Shown here in pieces: positions 7,058 to 12,542 of a stretch of DNA of 12,542 bases. The stretch lies in NCBI GenBank assembly GCA_037440005.1, contig JBBIUY010000052.1:1-12542 (forward strand). Reading direction: 5' to 3'. The notes under the pieces are model-generated. The model saw only the letters and a list, made by a program, of their open reading frames with translations, was not told the origin of the DNA and ran no database searches. The DNA comes from Armatimonadota bacterium. GTDB taxonomy: Bacteria; Sysuimicrobiota; Sysuimicrobiia; Sysuimicrobiales; Kaftiobacteriaceae. Positions within the stretch are counted from its first letter, which is position 1, and every line of letters starts with the position of its first letter. The position numbers and the translations under genes were made by a program.

Positions 7058-8329
7058 ATGAAGACTGTCCTGCGGACGCGCCTGACCCTCGCGCTGTTGG
7101 CGGTCGCGCTGGCGGCGGCGACCGCCCCCGCCGCCCCCTCCCCCACCGCCGGCGAACTGGCCCTGGCCCACGTCCGGGCCCTGGCGGCGCTGGGGCCGCG
7201 GGTGGCCGGCACCGCGGCCGACCGGCTGGCCGCCGACTACATCGCCGCCCGCCTGCGGGAGATGGGCTACGAGGTGGCGCTGCAGGCGTTTCCCTTCCCC
7301 TACTTCGAGACGCGGCGGGTCAGCCTGGAGGTGGTCAGTCCCCGGCGCACCGCCATGGACGCCCGCGTCCTGGTCTACTCCCCGTCCACTCCGGGACCGC
7401 TGACCGCCGAGCTGGTGGCCGCCGGCCGCGGCACGCCCCAGGAGTTCGCCGGCACCGCCGTGCGGGGGAAGATCGCCCTGGTGGAGCGCGGAGGGCTGCG
7501 CTTTGCCGACAAGGTGGCCAACGCCGCGCGGGCCGGCGCCGCGGCGGTGGTGGTGTACAACAACGAGCCGGGGTCGGTGGTGGGCACGCTGCTGGAACCC
7601 GCGCCCATCCCGGCGGTGACCGTCTCCCAGGCCGACGGCCGGCAGCTGCTCCAGTGGCTGCAGGCCGGCCCCGTGGTGGTCACCCTGCTGGTGGACACGG
7701 TCAACGAGCAGCGACAGTCCGCCAACGTGGTGGGCGCGCTGCCGGGGGTGGCGGGGCGGCGGCTGGTGGTCGGCGGCCACTACGACTCGGTGGAGGGCAG
7801 CCCCGGGGCCAACGACAACGCCTCCGGAGTGGCCGCGGCCCTGGAGGTGGCCCGGCTGCTGCGGGACGAGCAGCCGCCGGTGGCCGTGGAGATCGTGGCG
7901 TTCGGGGCGGAAGAGCCGGGCCTGTACGGCTCGCGCTTTTACGTGGACACTTCCCGGCTGGCGTCGGTGGCGGGCATGGTCAACCTGGACATGGTGGGCG
8001 TGGGCGACCGGCTGCTGATCGGCAACACCACCGGCGACACCCGCCTGGTGGACGCCGCGGTGGAGGTGGCGCGCCGGCTGGGGATTCCCGCCACCCGCAC
8101 CCGCCTGGGGGCCAGCGACCACACGTCCTTCGAGCGGGCGGGGGTGCCGGCGGTGTTCCTGCACTGGACCGACGACCCGCGGTACCACTCGTCCCAGGAC
8201 ACCCCCGAGCACGTGCAGGCGGACCGCCTGGACGCCGTCATCCGCATCGCCGTGGGCGTGGCCCGCTCGCGGGCGGTGGCCGGCCGCCCGGGGGAGGCCG
8301 CCGCGGCGGAGGTCCTCACCGTCCGTTAG
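7058..8329 (+). CDS. Secreted M28-family zinc aminopeptidase with PA (protease-associated) domain
   Basis: Start re-called at ATG 7058 (MKTVLRTRLTLALLAVALAAATAPA, a signal peptide). PA domain GKIALVERG...KVANAARAGAAAVVVYNN; metal/catalytic motifs GGHYDS, GANDNASG, FGAEEPGLYGS, NLDMVG, SDHTSF, YHSSQD. Confidence 0.93.
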   Translation: MKTVLRTRLTLALLAVALAAATAPAAPSPTAGELALAHVRALAALGPRVAGTAADRLAADYIAARLREMGYEVALQAFPFPYFETRRVSLEVVSPRRTAMDARVLVYSPSTPGPLTAELVAAGRGTPQEFAGTAVRGKIALVERGGLRFADKVANAARAGAAAVVVYNNEPGSVVGTLLEPAPIPAVTVSQADGRQLLQWLQAGPVVVTLLVDTVNEQRQSANVVGALPGVAGRRLVVGGHYDSVEGSPGANDNASGVAAALEVARLLRDEQPPVAVEIVAFGAEEPGLYGSRFYVDTSRLASVAGMVNLDMVGVGDRLLIGNTTGDTRLVDAAVEVARRLGIPATRTRLGASDHTSFERAGVPAVFLHWTDDPRYHSSQDTPEHVQADRLDAVIRIAVGVARSRAVAGRPGEAAAAEVLTVR

Positions 8330-8389
8330 GCACACGCGGGGGGGGACCACAGGAGGTCCGCCTGCCGTCTGTGCTCTGCGGACCGCCGC

Positions 8390-9880
8390 CTAGCCGGTGC
8401 GCCAGGCGCGCCCGTCCCGGGCCAGCAGGGCGTCCGCCTCCGCCGGGCCTGATGATCCGGCGGGGTAGTTGGGGAAGTCCTGGGGCGGGTGCTCCTCCCA
8501 GTAGCGCAGCAGGGGGTCCACGACGGCCCACTGCAGTTCCACCTCGTCCCGCCGCGGAAACGACGTCTGCACGCCCCGCAGGGCGTCCAGGATCAGGTGC
8601 TCGTAGGCCGGGTGCTCGGCCTCGCCGAAGTCCCGGTAGGAAAACGCCAGCTGCACCGAGCGGATCTGCTGACGGTGGCCGGGCACCCGGGCCGCAAAGC
8701 GCAGGGTGATCCGCTCGTCCTCGGCGGTGTGGAGGACCAGGACGTTGTTGTCCATCTCGGCCGTGTCGTAGTCCCGGAACAGGCGCAGGGGCGGCTGGCG
8801 GAACACCACCACCACCTCGGTGTCCTTGCGGTCCAGCCGTTTGCCGGCTCGCAGGTAGAAGGGCACGTCCGCCCACCGCCAGTTGTCGATCTGCAGCCGC
8901 ATGGCGGCGTAGGTGGGCGTCGGCGACCGCGGGTCCACCCCCTCCTCCTCCCGGTAGGCCGGGACCGGCCGGCCCCGGATCACCCCGCGGCCGTACTGGC
9001 CGCGCACCGCGTGCTCGGGGCGGACCGGCGGGATGGCCCGGAAGACCTTGGCCTTCTCGTTGCGGAACCCCTCGGCGTCGAACACGGCGGGGGGCTCCAT
9101 GGCGATGATGGCCAGCAGCTGCAGCACGTGGTTTTGCACCACGTCCCGGACCACCCCCACCTCCTCGTAAAACCGCCCCCGCCCGCCCACCCCGATCTCC
9201 TCGACGAAGGAGATCTGCACGTGGTCCACGTACCGTCGGTTCCACACCGGCTCGAAGATGGTGTTGGCGAACCGGAACACCAGCATGTTCTGGACGGTCT
9301 CCTTGCCCAGGTAATGGTCGATGCGGAAGACCGCCTCCTCGCCGACGAACCGGTCCACCAGGGCATTCAGGCGCCGGGCCGACGCCTCGTCGTGGCCGAA
9401 GGGCTTCTCGATCACCACCCGGGTCCAGGGCCGCCGGCTGCCGTAGCGCACCAGCTCGCTGTGGCCCAGGTGGGTGAGGACGGCCTCGTAGGTGGACGGA
9501 GGGGCGGCGATATAAAACAACCGGTTGCCGCCGGTCTGGAAGCGCTCCTCCACCGCGTGGAGGGTGCGGGCCAGCCGGGCGTAGTCGGCCTCCCGGGTCG
9601 AGTCGGCGGAGACGTACACCAGCCGCTCCGCAAACGGCGCCCACCGGTCCGCCTCCGGCGGACCGCCGCTCGCCGCCGCCACCCCGTCGCGGGCGAAGGC
9701 GCGGAACTGGTCGTCGCTCATCGCCCGCCGCGACATGCCCACCACGGCCAGGGAGCGGGAGATGGCGCCTTCGGTGAACAGGCGGTACAGGGCCGGCAGC
9801 AGCAGGCGCTGGGAGAGGTCGCCGGTGGCGCCGAGGATCACAAACGCCACCGGCTCGGAGGCGGCGACGGCGGCCGTCAT
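8390..9880 (-). CDS. zwf: Glucose-6-phosphate 1-dehydrogenase
   Basis: GATGDL Rossmann motif, IEKPFG, RIDHYLGKETVQN, RDVVQNH, RGQY, RWADVPFYLRAGKRL, YPAGSSGP. Start set at ATG 9880 because the track's longer ORF runs through tRNA-Pro. Confidence 0.96.
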   Translation of the reverse strand: MTAAVAASEPVAFVILGATGDLSQRLLLPALYRLFTEGAISRSLAVVGMSRRAMSDDQFRAFARDGVAAASGGPPEADRWAPFAERLVYVSADSTREADYARLARTLHAVEERFQTGGNRLFYIAAPPSTYEAVLTHLGHSELVRYGSRRPWTRVVIEKPFGHDEASARRLNALVDRFVGEEAVFRIDHYLGKETVQNMLVFRFANTIFEPVWNRRYVDHVQISFVEEIGVGGRGRFYEEVGVVRDVVQNHVLQLLAIIAMEPPAVFDAEGFRNEKAKVFRAIPPVRPEHAVRGQYGRGVIRGRPVPAYREEEGVDPRSPTPTYAAMRLQIDNWRWADVPFYLRAGKRLDRKDTEVVVVFRQPPLRLFRDYDTAEMDNNVLVLHTAEDERITLRFAARVPGHRQQIRSVQLAFSYRDFGEAEHPAYEHLILDALRGVQTSFPRRDEVELQWAVVDPLLRYWEEHPPQDFPNYPAGSSGPAEADALLARDGRAWRTG

Positions 9881-9928
9881 CGGCGGGTGCGGGCGGCGGG
9901 CGCCGGCGCCGTGCCGCCGGAGCCCCGT

Positions 9929-9957
9929 TTGACCCCCCCACAGGGCCGTGCTACCAT
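9929..9957 (+). promoter_or_regulatory. Sigma70-type promoter of tRNA-Pro
   Basis: TTGACC (9929-9934), 17-nt spacer containing the TG extension, TACCAT (9952-9957), 10 nt before the mature tRNA. Confidence 0.8.
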
Positions 9958-9967
9958 CGCCGTGAGC

Positions 9968-10043
9968 CGGGGCGTGGCGCAGCGGCCAGCGCGCGTGGTT
10001 TGGGACCACGAGGTCGCCGGTTCGAATCCGGCCGCCCCGACCA
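9968..10043 (+). tRNA. tRNA-Pro (anticodon TGG), CCA encoded
   Basis: CGGGGCG/CGCCCCG acceptor stem, GCGC D-stem, CGTGG-TTTGGGA-CCACG anticodon arm, GCCGG-TTCGAAT-CCGGC T-arm, ACCA end. Confidence 0.97.
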
Positions 10044-10052
10044 TCCTCTTCC

Positions 10053-10637
10053 TCAGGACTCCGACGCAGGTTGCCCGGCCGGGGCCGGGCGGGCGGGCGG
10101 AGCCTTGCTGGCGGCCTCCCGGGCCAGCTCGGTGGTGCGGGGCGGCCGCCGGTCGTGCTGGCCGAGGAAGTCGCTGGCCAGGTAGCGTTCCAGCAGGTCG
10201 ATGATCTGCGCCTCCCGCCCCGCGTTGCCGGACCGGGCCTCGGCCACCCAGGTCTTGTCGACCCGGTAGGTCCGCAGCTGGCCGTCGCGGGCGAAGTGGA
10301 CCAGGACGTGCCTCATGGAGTCCTCCAGGACCACGATCCGCACCCGCAGACCCAGCCGGTCGGCGGCGGCCCGGGCGCGCGCGAGGACCCACCCCCTGCG
10401 CTCGTCGGGTTGCTGGCCCGGCCCCGCCCCCAGCGTGTCCGCCACCGTTTTCCCCTTGAGGGGGTTGGGATCCAGCAGCAGGCGGCGGGCGGCCAGCTGG
10501 CTGCGGCGCTTGCGGACCGTCTCCATCAGCGAGTCCCACAGGTCCATGCCGGCCACCACGAACGCGAACAAGTAGAAGAACAGGACGGCAAAGGTCAGAG
10601 ACCAGTAGCGGAAGAACTCCTTCAGCGCCGGCGGCAT
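10053..10637 (-). CDS. Hypothetical protein with a single N-terminal transmembrane helix
   Basis: ATG after AGGAG; natural amino-acid composition unlike the GC shadow ORFs; hydrophobic YWSLTFAVLFFYLFAFVVAG followed by RKRR; fills the gap between tRNA-Pro and Ku. Confidence 0.8.
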   Translation of the reverse strand: MPPALKEFFRYWSLTFAVLFFYLFAFVVAGMDLWDSLMETVRKRRSQLAARRLLLDPNPLKGKTVADTLGAGPGQQPDERRGWVLARARAAADRLGLRVRIVVLEDSMRHVLVHFARDGQLRTYRVDKTWVAEARSGNAGREAQIIDLLERYLASDFLGQHDRRPPRTTELAREAASKAPPARPAPAGQPASES

Positions 10638-10792
10638 CCGTCAACTCCTGCCGTGGTCTGCGTCGTGCATCGCGGGGTGAATTGGCCGGGGCGCCCGCAG
10701 CTTCCTGCCCCCGGCGCCGCGGCCCGCCAACAGACCCCTGTCCCGGCGGCCCACCTGCCCGGGCGGCCCCAGGAAACGGCCTCCCGAAAGGG

Positions 10793-10798
10793 TATAAT
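10793..10798 (+). promoter_or_regulatory. Consensus -10 hexamer (TATAAT) upstream of ku
   Basis: Perfect TATAAT in a very GC-rich background, 56 nt before the ku ATG. No recognisable -35. Confidence 0.6.
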
Positions 10799-10854
10799 AG
10801 CCCTACGCCATCCCCCTCTCCACAGTACGGATGCGGGGACCGGAGGGACCGCCG

Positions 10855-11691
10855 ATGCGCCCGATCTGGAAGGGCCACCTGACCTTCGGGCTGGTGACCA
10901 TCCCCATCAGGCTGTACACGGCCACCGAGCCCAAGGACATCCGCTTCCGGCTGCTGCACCGCAGCTGCCTGACGCCCATCCAAAACCGCCGCTACTGCCC
11001 CCACCACGACCAGCTGGTCGAGTGGAACGACGTGGTCCGGGGGTACGAGTACGCCAAGGGCAAGTTTGTGCCGGTGACCGACGAAGAGCTGGAGAGCGTG
11101 CCCCTGGAGACCGCCGGGACGGTGGCCGTCACCTCCTTCGCCGACCCGGCCGAGATCGACCCCATCTACTTTGAGAAGTCCTACTACCTGGCGCCCGACC
11201 AGGGCGGCCAGAAGGCGTTTCGCCTGCTCCACGACGCCCTGCAGGACGCGGGCCGGGTGGCTGTGGGCAAGGTCGTCATCAAGGACAAAGAGCACCTGGT
11301 GGCGGTGCGCCCTTACGACGGGACGCTGGTCATGACGACCCTGTACTACGCCGACGAGGTCCGCCCCGTGGCGGAGGTCCCCGACCTGCCGGTCCAGGTC
11401 AAGGTCCACCCCAACGAGAAGAAGATGGCCCTGCAGCTCATCGAGGGTCTGGTGGCGCCCTTCTCGCCCGCCGAGTACCGGGACGAGTACCGGGAGGCGC
11501 TGCAGAAGCTCATCGCCGCCAAGGTGGAAGGCCAGCCGGTGGCCGCGCCGGCGGGTCGGGGGCCGGAGAAGGTGGTGGACCTCATGGAGGCCCTGCGCCG
11601 CAGCCTGCAACTCACCCGCCGGGAGAAGCCGGCGGCGCGGCGGCCGCGCTCGGTGCCCCGGGCCGCCGCCCTGCGGGAGCGCCACCGCTGA
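10855..11691 (+). CDS. ku: Ku DNA end-binding protein (bacterial NHEJ)
   Basis: MRPIWKGHLTFGLVTIPIRLYTAT, VRGYEYAKG, IDPIYFEKSYYLAP, LYYADEVR, YRDEYREAL, VVDLMEALRRSL, basic tail. ATG 10855 after GGAGGG. Confidence 0.96.
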   Translation: MRPIWKGHLTFGLVTIPIRLYTATEPKDIRFRLLHRSCLTPIQNRRYCPHHDQLVEWNDVVRGYEYAKGKFVPVTDEELESVPLETAGTVAVTSFADPAEIDPIYFEKSYYLAPDQGGQKAFRLLHDALQDAGRVAVGKVVIKDKEHLVAVRPYDGTLVMTTLYYADEVRPVAEVPDLPVQVKVHPNEKKMALQLIEGLVAPFSPAEYRDEYREALQKLIAAKVEGQPVAAPAGRGPEKVVDLMEALRRSLQLTRREKPAARRPRSVPRAAALRERHR

Positions 11692-11729
11692 CCGCGGCCG
11701 GTGCCCCGGCCGGGACGTCCAGGATCGCC

Positions 11730-12452
11730 GTGGCGCGCGCCCGGGTCGGCACCTCGGGCTTCAGCTACCCCGAGTGGCGCGGGGAGTTCTACCCCGCCGA
11801 CCTGCCCGCGTCCGAGATGCTGCGCTTTTACGCCCGGGCCTTCCCCACGGTGGAGATCAACAACACCTTCTACCGGTATCCCAGCGCCGACACCCTGGCC
11901 CAGTGGGCCGCCGCGGTGCCGGAGGGGTTTCGCTTTGCGGTCAAAGCCCACCGCCGGATCACCCACCTCAAGCGCCTGGCCGATATCGACGGGGACCTGG
12001 CGTTCCTGTCCGAGCGGCTGCGGGGGCTGGGGGACCGGCTGGGCCCCGTCCTGTTCCAGCTGCCGCCGTCGCTGCCCTGTCAGGTGGACCTGCTCCGCGC
12101 GTTCCTGGCCGCGCTGCGGCCCGGCGCGGCCGCGGTGGTGGAGTTCCGCCACCCCAGCTGGCGCCAGCCGGCCGTCTACACCCTGCTGGAAGATCACGGA
12201 GTCTCCCTGTGCCTGGCGGAGACCGACGACCGGCCGGCAGCCCCGGAGGTGGTGGGGCCGCTTGTGTATCTGCGGCTGCACCGCTCGCGGTATGACGACG
12301 CCGATCTGCGCCGGTGGGCGGCGTGGATCGCGGAACGGCTGGCTGACGGGCGCGACGTGTACGCCTACTTCACCCACGAGGACGGAGCCCCCGCCGCGCG
12401 CTACGCCCGCGCTCTGACGGAACTGGTGGACGCCGGAACTTCCCAGCGCTGA
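11730..12452 (+). CDS. DUF72 (YecE-like) TIM-barrel protein
   Basis: VGTSGFSYPEW, VEINNTFY, FAVKAHRRITH, LGPVLFQLPPS, EFRHPSW, YLRLH, YAYF motifs. Confidence 0.92.
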   Translation: MARARVGTSGFSYPEWRGEFYPADLPASEMLRFYARAFPTVEINNTFYRYPSADTLAQWAAAVPEGFRFAVKAHRRITHLKRLADIDGDLAFLSERLRGLGDRLGPVLFQLPPSLPCQVDLLRAFLAALRPGAAAVVEFRHPSWRQPAVYTLLEDHGVSLCLAETDDRPAAPEVVGPLVYLRLHRSRYDDADLRRWAAWIAERLADGRDVYAYFTHEDGAPAARYARALTELVDAGTSQR

Positions 12453-12501
12453 GGCCGGCGCTGCAGCCGCCGCGCCCCGACAACATGGAGGGTCTGATTA
12501 T

Positions 12502-12542
12502 ATGCAAGCGCTGCGCCCCCCGACAGCGAAGGTCTTTCGAGG
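12502..12542 (+). CDS. Possible 5' end of a CDS truncated by the window edge (MQALRPPTAKVFR...)
   Basis: GGAGGGT SD at 12487-12493 followed by ATG at 12502; open to the window end. Too short to identify. Confidence 0.45.
   Translation, partial: MQALRPPTAKVFR

Noticed and set aside
8355..8384. GGTCCGC/GCGGACC inverted repeat between the convergent aminopeptidase and zwf as a terminator
   Set aside because: A 7-bp stem with a 16-nt loop and no U-tract on either strand is too weak to call.
9881..10009. N-terminal extension of zwf given in the track
   Set aside because: It overlaps tRNA-Pro and its promoter, and the Rossmann motif begins shortly after ATG 9880.
10771..10804. GGAAAC...CCCGAAAGGG resembling a c-di-GMP-I riboswitch P2 stem with a GNRA loop
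   Set aside because: The stem is only 3 bp, the downstream GCAAAGC and P3/receptor elements are missing, and it lies upstream of the TATAAT so would not be in the ku transcript.
39..12417. Many long overlapping or antisense ORFs in the track (e.g. 39-1727, 494-1924, 4607-5905, 7006-8709, 8489-10204, 9877-11685)
   Set aside because: Shadow ORFs expected at very high GC. They are Arg/Pro/Gly/Ala-rich or antisense mirrors of recognised genes and have no family motifs.
10033..12481. CGCCCCGAC at the tRNA-Pro 3' end (10033-10041) recurs at 12473-12481, suggesting att sites around orphan-ku-DUF72
   Set aside because: Only 9 nt of almost pure G/C, which is expected by chance. No integrase and no visible composition shift.

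Overview
Very GC-rich (roughly three-quarters G+C by eye) bacterial chromosomal segment with no mobile element, CRISPR array or integrase. Left to right: tRNA-Arg(TCT) (-); a membrane-bound GGDEF diguanylate cyclase (+); a five-gene minus-strand operon (in transcription order: HtrA-like S1C protease with PDZ, MoxR AAA+ ATPase, DUF58, two tandem membrane VWA proteins); a divergent secreted PA-domain M28 aminopeptidase (+); zwf (-); tRNA-Pro(TGG) (+); an orphan membrane-anchored protein (-); Ku (+); DUF72 (+); and a possible gene start at the right edge. The most striking unexplained structure is the htrA/aminopeptidase intergenic region. It is mirror-symmetric about base 6901, with four hexamer half-sites at an exact 11-bp period and a -10-like hexamer exactly 10 bp outside on each strand. 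This looks like a bidirectional OmpR/PhoB-type promoter co-regulating a protease/chaperone operon and a rightward structured RNA or the aminopeptidase. All calls come from motif recognition by eye; no searches were run.
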